IMG/VR virus record: IMGVR_UViG_3300035190_000328
Coordinates: 1-53,058 of that record
From: a virus
Taxonomy: Duplodnaviria; Caudoviricetes
Direction: 5' to 3' (one strand)
DNA length: 53,058 nt
A program made the position numbers and the translations under genes. The notes beneath the pieces were generated by a model. That model had not been told where the DNA came from. It ran no database searches and worked only from the letters and a program-made list of their open reading frames with translations. Shown one piece after another: positions 1 to 7,934 of the stretch; position 1 is the first letter of the stretch; every line of letters begins with the position of its first letter.

Positions 1-120
1 ACTAAGAAAAAAAGATTCTATATAGAATTTTACCTTAAAGGTAGAGAATCTATAACTTTAGAATATGAAAAGCAAGAAATCTGGAAATCTATTTTAGAGG
101 AGTTAGATAAAAACCTTTAA
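1..120 (+). CDS. 3' end of a hypothetical protein (partial)
   Basis: Frame 1 is open: TKKKRFYIEFYLKGRESITLEYEKQEIWKSILEELDKNL, TAA at 118-120. Confidence 0.6.
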   Translation, partial: TKKKRFYIEFYLKGRESITLEYEKQEIWKSILEELDKNL

Positions 121-285
121 AAAATTTTTAAAAAAATTTAGAGGTTCAAAAAATTTAAAAAATTTTTAGGTACTTAAAATTTTCAAAAAAATTTTAAAAT
201 TTTTGAGTGTTTTGGTAACACCTAGTACCACCTCCCCCAACCCACCCCACCTAAATCTTGCTGGGGTAAATAGCCCTGGGGTGTT
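110..285. other. A/T-tract region followed by a C-rich tract; possible terminus, origin or packaging region
   Basis: Repeated AAAAA/TTTTT runs, then CCACCTCCCCCAACCCACCCCACC (228-251) and GGGG runs; non-coding. Confidence 0.4.
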
Positions 286-308
286 TCACATTTAAAATCC
301 ACAATACT

Positions 309-542
309 ATGAAACTTATTGATTACCTTAAATCACAAGGTGCTGTTTCAGCTACCTTAGTTAATGGCCCTAATGGTCAGTTTATCTCAGCTACTAAAGC
401 TGATGGTACCAAGTTCACATTACCTGTTGGTAAAAAGTCTTACAATGGTAAGCTTGCAGATTATACTGTCCTTGAAGTTGAGGCTGGTGTATTTGTTGCT
501 ACTGTTAATAACTATGAGACTGTTGAGACAGTTACTTTCTAG
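309..542 (+). CDS. small early hypothetical protein, beta-rich
   Basis: 77 aa ORF with biased codons (GGT/GCT/GTT), A-rich leader and a downstream hairpin. Confidence 0.8.
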   Translation: MKLIDYLKSQGAVSATLVNGPNGQFISATKADGTKFTLPVGKKSYNGKLADYTVLEVEAGVFVATVNNYETVETVTF

Positions 543-551
543 TTATAGTAT

Positions 552-588
552 TATAGAGCCTATTATATAGTAATATATAGTAGGTTCT
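552..588 (+). terminator. hairpin after the first early gene
   Basis: TAGAGCCTATTATAT...ATATAGTAGGTTCTA inverted repeat followed by a T-rich tract. Confidence 0.45.
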
Positions 589-759
589 ATTCTTATTCTT
601 TATGCTTTGTTTAGTAGTAATACTATTCTAAAGTAAAGCTGATACCCAAAGTCTTAGACAGGTAAGTGTTAAAAATTCAGCAAGTTGGTTGATGCATTTA
701 TACCAACATTATTTTATTATTAATCTTCTTTATCATAGGCAAGTAGGTTTAGTTTGATT

Positions 760-865
760 TAATTAGTAGACTATAGTAATATTAGACCAGCTCATGTTAG
801 GATAGGATACTTTGTAATCTTATTAAACCACTGTTCAGCTAATTATTACTATAGTTTATTAATTA
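760..865 (+). ncRNA. stem-closed structured RNA candidate
   Basis: TAATTAGTAGACTATAGTAAT pairs with ATTACTATAGTTTATTAATTA; the mismatches are G-U on the + strand. Confidence 0.4.
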
Positions 866-895
866 GTTATGTTCTTGATTATCAATGAATAATAA

Positions 896-1009
896 TATCT
901 GCCATTTTGTCATGTCATTATATTTTAAAAGTTGTAAAACTTCTGAAAGTGTTGATACTGTAGGGTGTGGTATCAATCCCACTCTTTAAATTATCTGCCA
1001 ATATGTCAT
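896..1009 (+). repeat. 18-bp imperfect direct repeat pair
   Basis: TATCTGCCATTTTGTCAT (896-913) and TATCTGCCAATATGTCAT (992-1009), 16/18 identical. Confidence 0.6.
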
Positions 1010-1065
1010 TTTTCCAATTTTAACATAAAACTTATAGCTTTAACTTTAACATTTTAAAACTCTTT

Positions 1066-1108
1066 GAGTTCACCTGAGATTGATGTAATGTCAGTTTTGG
1101 GTGAACTT
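1066..1108 (+). ncRNA. long G-U-rich hairpin
   Basis: GAGTTCACCTGAGATTGAT / GTCAGTTTTGGGTGAACTT pair fully if G-U is allowed. Confidence 0.4.
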
Positions 1109-1118
1109 TCTTATTGTT

Positions 1119-1198
1119 TTAATAAAATTGTAGTACTATAATGTGATGTATACTGCTTAAATGCAAGGATAACAAGCTATGTACTACAATTTTATTAA
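1119..1198 (+). ncRNA. element closed by a perfect 18-bp stem
   Basis: TTAATAAAATTGTAGTAC ... GTACTACAATTTTATTAA. Confidence 0.45.
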
Positions 1199-1243
1199 TT
1201 CAGTTTTTGGTATACATTTTTATTAACTCAAACAAACAAAAAT

Positions 1244-1546
1244 ATGGCACAATTTCACATTTACCACTCTATTGGTAAGGATAGATTCCAAGAAGTAGAG
1301 AACCAACCAAGAGAATATGCTGGTTTTGTAGAAGCTAATTCTTTAAAAGAAGCTTATGTGTTATCACAAAATCAAGATGAAAATTGGAATATAACTAATC
1401 CTTGTAGAAGTACAAGTGTTGGAGATGTAATTCAAGCTGATGATGGATTTTATATGGTATGTGGTACAGGTTTTCAATTACTTGATATTATGAGTAAGAA
1501 TGAATCTGACCTTAATACTCTTGAAAATCAATCAACAGAGCAATAA
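1244..1546 (+). CDS. YodL-like domain protein
   Basis: RSTSVGDVI motif followed by GFYMVCGTGF, typical of YodL-like domains. Confidence 0.6.
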   Translation: MAQFHIYHSIGKDRFQEVENQPREYAGFVEANSLKEAYVLSQNQDENWNITNPCRSTSVGDVIQADDGFYMVCGTGFQLLDIMSKNESDLNTLENQSTEQ

Positions 1547-1742
1547 TCTAGCTAATGTATATGGAAAGTCTGTTATATAATATACATTAGAAACACTACC
1601 TTTGGAGAATCTAAAGGTTACAGACCGTTAAGCATAAATGGCGAACATTAATGCATAAAGTATCAGGAAACTTGGTGTATAGGTTCATACTATGAATAAT
1701 AGCACAGATACTTTATTTTTATTAACTCTAAAAACAAACAAC

Positions 1743-1946
1743 GTGAAATACTTCATCTTATTCATTATCTTTATAGCTGTATTTGCAGCTTTATTCTTCA
1801 TACTATCATTATTTGGTATGTTATGGTTTAACTATCATTCAGTTATTACTGCCCCTAATTGGTTCTACGCTTATACTGTATTAATAGGTTGGTGGACATC
1901 AGGAATAGTAGCAGCTGATTATTATGAACAAGTAATAGACAAATAA
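1743..1946 (+). CDS. small membrane protein (GTG start)
   Basis: Two hydrophobic segments; the leader TTTATTAACTCTAAAAACAAACAAC matches the leader of the 1244 gene, which favours a start at 1743 over 1692. Confidence 0.65.
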   Translation: MKYFILFIIFIAVFAALFFILSLFGMLWFNYHSVITAPNWFYAYTVLIGWWTSGIVAADYYEQVIDK

Positions 1947-1947
1947 C

Positions 1948-2016
1948 ATGAAAACATTCAACAAAATAATAGGAGTAATTATAGTATTACTATATATTGC
2001 TGTTAAAATACTTTAA
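1948..2016 (+). CDS. 22-aa hydrophobic peptide
   Basis: MKTFNKIIGVIIVLLYIAVKIL, starting 1 nt after the previous stop. Confidence 0.45.
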   Translation: MKTFNKIIGVIIVLLYIAVKIL

Positions 2017-2099
2017 ATTATGAAAAATAAAACATTTAAAAGTGTACTTAGAGTTTAATCAAGAATAAGAACCTTGCTATAAGTTTATTTATTTAAAAT

Positions 2100-2172
2100 C
2101 TAGTATTAGTTAAATAGGATAGAATAAGCCGACATTAGTTGGAAGAACCTGGGTTCGAGTCCCAGATACTAG
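2100..2172 (+). tRNA. tRNA-like gene with an aberrant anticodon arm (pseudo or undetermined)
   Basis: Acceptor CTAGTAT/ATACTAG and canonical T-arm CTGGG-TTCGAGT-CCCAG; the anticodon arm CCGAC-ATTA-GTTGG lacks a 7-nt loop. Confidence 0.65.
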
Positions 2173-2185
2173 ACATATAAATTAT

Positions 2186-2255
2186 TAAAACTGTAATGTA
2201 GATGAGAAAGTGACCCACCATACTCAGATAAATAGTAAACTATATTACAGTTTTA
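2186..2255 (+). ncRNA. stem-closed element 1 of a tandem pair
   Basis: TAAAACTGTAATGTAG ... CTATATTACAGTTTTA. Confidence 0.45.
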
Positions 2256-2262
2256 TTTTAAT

Positions 2263-2379
2263 TAAAACTGTAATACAAATATAGTATAACACTATCGGCT
2301 AGTTATATTATATGTAAGAACAATAGGTGGAGATATTTATATCAGTGAAGCTTTAAATCCTTACAGTATTACAGTTTTA
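2263..2379 (+). ncRNA. stem-closed element 2 of a tandem pair
   Basis: TAAAACTGTAATAC ... GTATTACAGTTTTA; same closing stem as element 1, with internal hairpin ATATAGTATAAC/GTTATATTATAT. Confidence 0.45.
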
Positions 2380-2402
2380 TTTTAACTAAAATTAACTAAA
2401 TT

Positions 2403-2711
2403 ATGACCCAACTACAAATAGCTGAAAAGCTCAGAGAACAAATTAAAGAACAATGGCCTTATGTATCTACTATATTAGCTTTATATGCTAATAATACTGA
2501 TGGTAAATTTACTGAACGTATTCAAGATATGGTTGATAGATTATTACCTAGAGAGGTATTTTATTGTAATATTTACGAATTTAAACTAGCAAAAGTGTAT
2601 TACTATAGGGTATTTACAGATGATATAAAAGAAAAATTTACTATAGAATCATTACCAATCAACCAAGTATTATTTTCATCAGAAGATAATATGTTTGGGC
2701 ATTTAAAGTAA
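2403..2711 (+). CDS. hypothetical protein
   Basis: 102 aa ORF with A-rich leader. Confidence 0.7.
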   Translation: MTQLQIAEKLREQIKEQWPYVSTILALYANNTDGKFTERIQDMVDRLLPREVFYCNIYEFKLAKVYYYRVFTDDIKEKFTIESLPINQVLFSSEDNMFGHLK

Positions 2712-2712
2712 T

Positions 2713-2814
2713 ATTCTCTTTGTAATAGTTGTAATAGGGAATGTCTCAGTATAGAAGGACATATAGATTCAAGGGTTAATAAGCTTGTAGCTATTGCAAC
2801 TATTCTTAGAGAAT
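2713..2814 (+). ncRNA. multi-branch structured RNA candidate
   Basis: Outer stem AATAGTTGTAATAG/CTATTGCAACTATT plus ATTCTCT/AGAGAAT, with two possible internal hairpins. Confidence 0.4.
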
Positions 2815-2948
2815 TTATTAACGTAAACTTTCCTAATCGTATTGCAATCAGATTAATAGTATCTGTATTACTATTCCTTTAATATTCATACAAGAAATTA
2901 TGGTATTATCATATCCAGTAGGTTAAGCTGGGTTTTTATTTAAACTAT

Positions 2949-3328
2949 GGGGACGATGGGAAAGCCCTAATTAGTTAATTCAGCAAGCAAGTAACGCATT
3001 GTCTATTAATGTGTGCGTTTAATAAATTAGTAGATAACTTACAGATGGCAACACTGTAAACACTGAGGATATAATGTCCTTCAAGACTTCTATTACTTCT
3101 CCACTACAGGTAGTTCGTGAACCTGAAATGGTAGAAATGAAGCTTGCAGCTTAATTAACGAAAAACTCCAAATTTAAGGGAATATTAGAGTATAAATATT
3201 AGAACCCTTCCATTTCTTTATATGGTTAGATTTAGATATTTTGTATAGTTAGAAAACTATTCTAAACTTGTAGAAAACTGATTATTAATTAATTAGGATA
3301 CGAGGGTTCAACTCCCTCCGTCTCCACT
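2949..3328 (+). ncRNA. ssrA: tmRNA (phage-encoded)
   Basis: 5' GGGGACG pairs with 3' CGTCTCC-A, giving G3-U70; T-arm GAGGG-TTCAACT-CCCTC; internal ORF ends KLAA-TAA (3152-3154). Confidence 0.9.
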
Positions 3329-3339
3329 AATGCCAAGGC

Positions 3340-3418
3340 GTAGTTAGGACTAGTCAATGTAGCTCTTTGAGTGTAAAAGTAGGCATATCCTACTGCTAAA
3401 GACTAGTTTATTGGCTAC
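3340..3418 (+). ncRNA. stem-closed element downstream of tmRNA
   Basis: GTAGTTAG-GACTAGTC ... GACTAGTT-TATTGGCTAC with internal hairpin AGTAGG/CCTACT. Confidence 0.35.
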
Positions 3419-3442
3419 TATTTATTAATTTAAAATAACTTT

Positions 3443-3631
3443 ATGTTAAAACTAAATGATAATACAGGAATGGATATAATACATCAGGGGGTTAATAAAA
3501 AACTGCTTGAAAGAGTATTAGAAGCCAGAAAGTATATTACTGTTACAGAACAGATGAATATACTTAGTAGAATTAAAGCTAAAGCTAAATTAAACAGAAC
3601 TGTAGCTTATCGTGTAACAAACTATTATTAA
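3443..3631 (+). CDS. hypothetical protein
   Basis: 62 aa ORF followed by a terminator. Confidence 0.65.
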   Translation: MLKLNDNTGMDIIHQGVNKKLLERVLEARKYITVTEQMNILSRIKAKAKLNRTVAYRVTNYY

Positions 3632-3651
3632 AACCTTTATCAGTATCACTT

Positions 3652-3683
3652 AAAGAGTCTATTAGCAGTAGTAGGCTCTTTTT
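3652..3683 (+). terminator. intrinsic terminator
   Basis: AAAGAGTCTATT-AGC-AGTAGTAGGCTCTTTTT. Confidence 0.7.
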
Positions 3684-3696
3684 AAAACTTATAACT

Positions 3697-3855
3697 ATGA
3701 AATATCCACCAAGTTATTACAAAGAACTTCAAACTAAACTTGAAATAGATTTCAAGAATAAAATAAAAATAGAACAAGCTATTTATAAACAATCAGTAAT
3801 GGCTATGTTTACTACTAAAATAGACCATTCATTAGTAACTAATTATTGGAATTAA
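3697..3855 (+). CDS. hypothetical protein (52 aa, not in ORF track)
   Basis: MKYPPSYYKELQTKLEIDFKNK...NYWN, abutting the next gene. Confidence 0.6.
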   Translation: MKYPPSYYKELQTKLEIDFKNKIKIEQAIYKQSVMAMFTTKIDHSLVTNYWN

Positions 3856-3856
3856 T

Positions 3857-4057
3857 ATGAAAACATACTTTTTATCTTTACAATCTACAAAAACTAAGCA
3901 TAATTTTTCTGGAATTATTGCAGTTACTGATTCTGGAAGTGTTTTAGACAATTTTGAAGAAGCTACAAAAATTATGGTAGCTATGGGAAATAAAATTCAT
4001 AGTTTATATACTGAAGTAGACGATTACATAGTACTATCATTTAACAATGTAACATAA
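3857..4057 (+). CDS. hypothetical protein
   Basis: 66 aa, tightly packed. Confidence 0.65.
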   Translation: MKTYFLSLQSTKTKHNFSGIIAVTDSGSVLDNFEEATKIMVAMGNKIHSLYTEVDDYIVLSFNNVT

Positions 4058-4068
4058 AATCCACAAAC

Positions 4069-4206
4069 ATGAAAACAAGAACATTATTTTTTAAAACTTG
4101 GTCAACTCAGAAACAAGTTTTAGACAGACTTACTGAACTTTATAAAATTAAAGTTGTAAGTAGTAATCCATTTAACAATGGTACATTAATAACATTTAAC
4201 TATTAA
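4069..4206 (+). CDS. hypothetical protein (45 aa, not in ORF track)
   Basis: MKTRTLFFKTWSTQKQVLDRLTELYKIKVVSSNPFNNGTLITFNY. Confidence 0.6.
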   Translation: MKTRTLFFKTWSTQKQVLDRLTELYKIKVVSSNPFNNGTLITFNY

Positions 4207-4210
4207 AACA

Positions 4211-4474
4211 ATGTTTACAAAATTTTCAAAAGAACCTATAAAAACTTGGTCTAACCAATGGATGATTGATAATGGTTATCATCATCTTCATGTAACTTTA
4301 ATAGATTTTAAGAAAGCTAATTCAGATAAATTAGAACTTAAACTAGAAAAAGTACATCATAAAATAGCTAAAGCTTTACCTTCTTATAATACTAATCAAC
4401 TACAACTTTTAAGAGAAGTAGCTGATAAGTTAAAGAATGTAAGGTTTAATTTTAAACTTTCAACACTTAAATAA
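4211..4474 (+). CDS. hypothetical protein
   Basis: 87 aa, tightly packed. Confidence 0.65.
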   Translation: MFTKFSKEPIKTWSNQWMIDNGYHHLHVTLIDFKKANSDKLELKLEKVHHKIAKALPSYNTNQLQLLREVADKLKNVRFNFKLSTLK

Positions 4475-4475
4475 C

Positions 4476-4679
4476 ATGACTATTAATCAAATTATCCTTT
4501 TATTAGAAATATATAAAGGAGGTATAGAAGCTAAAGATGTTTTGGGTAATGTTACTGACTTTGAATTTCTTAGTAAACAAGAACTTTTTATCTTCAATGA
4601 TAAAATAGAAGCTGAAGTTACTGAAAAAGGATTTGATTTAGTTGCAGCTTTAAAAACAATAGCAAATTTAAATAAATAA
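4476..4679 (+). CDS. hypothetical protein, possibly winged-helix-like
   Basis: 67 aa ending with VTEKG followed by a helix. Confidence 0.6.
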   Translation: MTINQIILLLEIYKGGIEAKDVLGNVTDFEFLSKQELFIFNDKIEAEVTEKGFDLVAALKTIANLNK

Positions 4680-4685
4680 AAAATT

Positions 4686-4961
4686 ATGCCAAAATTACCA
4701 GTAGAAAAAGTTACTCGTAGAAAATTCCTAGGTAAAACAGAAAACTTTGTAGATAAAGCTGAAAGATTACATGAAGGTAAGCATTTAAAAGCTTATTTAA
4801 GTGGTGCTAAGAGGTTTAAATCTTATAAGTGGAATCCTACTAAGCAAATACATGAGATAGTGTATTATCCTGTTTTAGAAGAGCTTTATGGACAATTTGT
4901 AGATAACTCTAAACATCTTCAATCAATAGAAGAATTTCCTATTGAAAAAATACTAGCTTAG
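4686..4961 (+). CDS. hypothetical basic protein
   Basis: 91 aa. Confidence 0.7.
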   Translation: MPKLPVEKVTRRKFLGKTENFVDKAERLHEGKHLKAYLSGAKRFKSYKWNPTKQIHEIVYYPVLEELYGQFVDNSKHLQSIEEFPIEKILA

Positions 4962-5455
4962 TGAAAAGAAAAAGGATATTGTTGAAGAAATCTGATAAGA
5001 TATTCTCAACGCAGCTTATTATTGTAGAAGATGATTATCTATTACAATTAATTGAAGTATATCCATTTAAAGACATTAAAAAATACATTAAAGTACCAAA
5101 TAGTTTGTATCCAATGTTATTAGAATTAGATAAACAGTTTCATTCAGAAGAGAATGTTCAGAACCCTGTTATCTCAATATCTAATACACTAGCACAAGCT
5201 AAATTGCAAGTAGGTTATACGCCTGCTGAATTAAGTAAGTACCATATACAAGATGGTAAATCTCTTGAACTATTACATCATAAATTAAATGAGGTTAAGC
5301 CTAAATTGCAAGAACAAGTGTATTGTTCAGACAATAAAACACATGAATTTGGATGGGTAGTTAAGAGAAATGAAAGATCTCAATTAGATATTCTGGCTAA
5401 TGAGATTAGAAGTATATTCCAGAATAATACAAATCTTAGGCAATATGCCTATTAA
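4961..5455 (+). CDS. hypothetical protein
   Basis: 164 aa; GTG start overlaps the previous TAG. Confidence 0.65.
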   Translation: MKRKRILLKKSDKIFSTQLIIVEDDYLLQLIEVYPFKDIKKYIKVPNSLYPMLLELDKQFHSEENVQNPVISISNTLAQAKLQVGYTPAELSKYHIQDGKSLELLHHKLNEVKPKLQEQVYCSDNKTHEFGWVVKRNERSQLDILANEIRSIFQNNTNLRQYAY

Positions 5456-5491
5456 TTAAAACAATTTTAAACAATTTTAAAACAAATTATC

Positions 5492-5857
5492 ATGAATTTT
5501 TCAAAAAACACACTAACAGGTAATATGGAAGCTAATTTAGGAGGTAAACTTATCTCAATTAGCTCTGAAGTTCGTACTAATAAAAATGGTACTGATTATC
5601 GTTTAGCTAACATAGAAATAGTTAAAGCTGATGGTAAAAAAGCAGTAGTAACATCTATTGTATATGAGAAAAACTTCTCTTATGGTATGCAAGTAGGCCA
5701 AACCTATTTAACTACTGCTACATTAACTCCTAATGGCCCTAGTCCAGTATTATTTACTACTAGCCATCTTCCAGCTAATGAAGTTATAACTGCTGAAGAC
5801 TTAGGTTTTATAGCTGTTAATGCTGAAAATGTAGATGCTGGTAAAGTAACTGCATAA
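5492..5857 (+). CDS. putative OB-fold nucleic-acid-binding protein
   Basis: Beta-rich ISISSEVRTNKNGTDYRLANIE pattern, biased codons and own terminator. Confidence 0.5.
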   Translation: MNFSKNTLTGNMEANLGGKLISISSEVRTNKNGTDYRLANIEIVKADGKKAVVTSIVYEKNFSYGMQVGQTYLTTATLTPNGPSPVLFTTSHLPANEVITAEDLGFIAVNAENVDAGKVTA

Positions 5858-5883
5858 TTATAATTAAATAAAATATAAACTAC

Positions 5884-5938
5884 AAAGCCCTCAAGTTTAA
5901 TCCTTTATGTGGATTTAGGAGTTTAAAGAGGGCTTTTT
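5884..5938 (+). terminator. terminator-like hairpin
   Basis: AAAGCCCTC ... GAGGGCTTTTT. Confidence 0.6.
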
Positions 5939-5951
5939 AATACATAAGGTT

Positions 5952-7529
5952 ATGAAAGTAACAAAAGATAATGCCGTAGTAGGCTTAAAAGTAGTATTAG
6001 ATAAAGATTCTCAATTTGCAGGTCAGGGAATAGGTGCTGAGTATGGTGTAATTGTTGATGATGAAACCCATTTTCCTGCTACACCTAACTATCTTTGGGT
6101 GCAAGTAAATTGGATAAGAGCAGATGGTACCTCTATTAGTACTGATTATTATAGAATAGGAGATGATGGCGAATTTGATTTAAATGTATATGAAGTTATT
6201 CCAGAATATGTAGAATGTATTAAAACTAATACTGATTGTTTTATAGCTGGTAAGATTTATAAAGTAAATTCTAATGGTACTTTAACTACAGAACAAGAGT
6301 ATGAATGTATGGACATATTTGAAGTAGGTAAAGATTACTATGGCGTTTATGGGTTTAAAATCTCTGATAAAGCTTCATTTGATGCTCAACAAAACCCTAA
6401 AGAAACTTTAGTTGGTAGATATTTAAAAGCTTTAGTTAATAATCCTGTATCTATAAGTATGGATATAGGAGAATATTTACTTATAACTAAGTATAATCAT
6501 CAGGGTAATACATACAATGTAACTAGAGTTAGAGATAATCATACGGGATTTGGTATTGAAGTATCTGATTTACCTAAGTTTGAAGTAATGCCAATTGGAT
6601 TTAATCTAACTGAAGTTAAAGAAGAGCCTATTGAAGAAGGTTGGTGTATTAAAATAACTTCTGAAAATCAAGACTTGGTGAAGAAATGGTTTTTAGAAAA
6701 AGGTTATGAATCTGGACATTGCTATTCAATTGGAGCATATTATGGAGAACTACATAAAAAAGGTAGGAGTGATAGTTTTAGCTCTTTTGCTAAAGAACTT
6801 ACTTTAGATGAATTTAAAAGGTTAGTGTTGAAAGAAAATATTACTTCTATAGATTTATTAGAAGAAGCTAAACAACGTTATCCAATAGGTACTAAGTTTT
6901 ATCCTGCTCATTTAAGTCAGAGAAAGCAACATTGTATTGTTACAAGCACTAATTTTAAAATTAGTGATACTTGTGTGTATCAAGTAACAGATAGTGGAAG
7001 TTTATATGATAATAGTAGAAATTCTAAGTACGGAAATACTACTTACAATAGATGTGTTTATGAAAATGGTAAATGGGCTGAAATAATTGAAGAACCTAAA
7101 ACTAATACTACAGAAGAATTTAAAGTAGGAGATTGGGTTGTACCATTAAATGATGATGCTTATCATGATAGAAATATTGGTGAAGCTTATCAGATTGAAA
7201 CTCTTGATGGTAGTACAGCAGTTCGTATGTTTAATAGAGAGCTTAAATACGATGGAAATGGTTGGATAGAAATAAAAGACCTGCGTAAAGCAACTCCAGA
7301 AGAAATAGCTAAAGTTCAAGGTTATAAAGTTACAGATACTTATTTTAAGTATAGACAACAACCGTATTCAGAATTTATTAAAAATCCAGAAGAATATCCT
7401 ATTTTTGTAGAGCCTAAAAAGCAAAAGTATCAGTTTAGTGAAGTAGAGTATTTAGCTAAACCAATTAATCAACAATTAGATTTACCAATAGTTAAAAAGT
7501 ACAAAAAGAAATCAATAATCAATTTATAA
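5952..7529 (+). CDS. mosaic protein of small SH3-like modules
   Basis: 525 aa with module-start motifs VVGLKV, FIAGKIY, LVGRYL, YPIGTKF and FKVGDWV. Confidence 0.7.
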   Translation: MKVTKDNAVVGLKVVLDKDSQFAGQGIGAEYGVIVDDETHFPATPNYLWVQVNWIRADGTSISTDYYRIGDDGEFDLNVYEVIPEYVECIKTNTDCFIAGKIYKVNSNGTLTTEQEYECMDIFEVGKDYYGVYGFKISDKASFDAQQNPKETLVGRYLKALVNNPVSISMDIGEYLLITKYNHQGNTYNVTRVRDNHTGFGIEVSDLPKFEVMPIGFNLTEVKEEPIEEGWCIKITSENQDLVKKWFLEKGYESGHCYSIGAYYGELHKKGRSDSFSSFAKELTLDEFKRLVLKENITSIDLLEEAKQRYPIGTKFYPAHLSQRKQHCIVTSTNFKISDTCVYQVTDSGSLYDNSRNSKYGNTTYNRCVYENGKWAEIIEEPKTNTTEEFKVGDWVVPLNDDAYHDRNIGEAYQIETLDGSTAVRMFNRELKYDGNGWIEIKDLRKATPEEIAKVQGYKVTDTYFKYRQQPYSEFIKNPEEYPIFVEPKKQKYQFSEVEYLAKPINQQLDLPIVKKYKKKSIINL

Positions 7530-7539
7530 GCAACAAACA

Positions 7540-7923
7540 ATGAAAAAATCAAATTTAAAAGACCGTGTATTAGCCTTTCTTAAAGGTGGTGATGAAGCTA
7601 AATTAGCTCGTTTTGAAGGTAAGTTAGATAAACATCTGGCTAAACAAATTTCTATGCGTGAAGATCAAATTGAAACTCTTGAAGAGAAGATTGTTGATGC
7701 CAAAGAAGATCTTAACGAAACAATCCTTAATGTAAATCCTGATAGTGTAAACACTACAGAAGGTGCAGAAAGTTATTGTGTTACTTACCTAAAACAAGTG
7801 CGTGCTAAACGTAATGTAATCTTGGGTTATGAAAACCAGATTGCAGCTTTGCAAGAAGAAATTGCAGAGTTTAAGGCTGATGAAGCAGCAATTTATTCAG
7901 TTCCTGCTGAAAAGAAAGCTTAA
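7540..7923 (+). CDS. coiled-coil protein
   Basis: 127 aa, heptad-rich, uses CGT codons as expected of a highly expressed gene. Confidence 0.75.
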   Translation: MKKSNLKDRVLAFLKGGDEAKLARFEGKLDKHLAKQISMREDQIETLEEKIVDAKEDLNETILNVNPDSVNTTEGAESYCVTYLKQVRAKRNVILGYENQIAALQEEIAEFKADEAAIYSVPAEKKA

Positions 7924-7934
7924 TTAAAAACTAT

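Noticed and set aside
364-570. 68-aa ORF overlapping 309-542
   Set aside because: An alternative-frame shadow with Leu/Ser-rich composition caused by T-ending codons of the real gene.
2100-2172. Ochre suppressor tRNA (TTA in the loop)
   Set aside because: The loop geometry is non-canonical, and TAA is the dominant stop codon in the window.
2186-2379. CRISPR array or MITEs
   Set aside because: Only two units, the repeats are inverted arms around interiors of unequal length, and there are no cas or transposase genes or clear target-site duplications.
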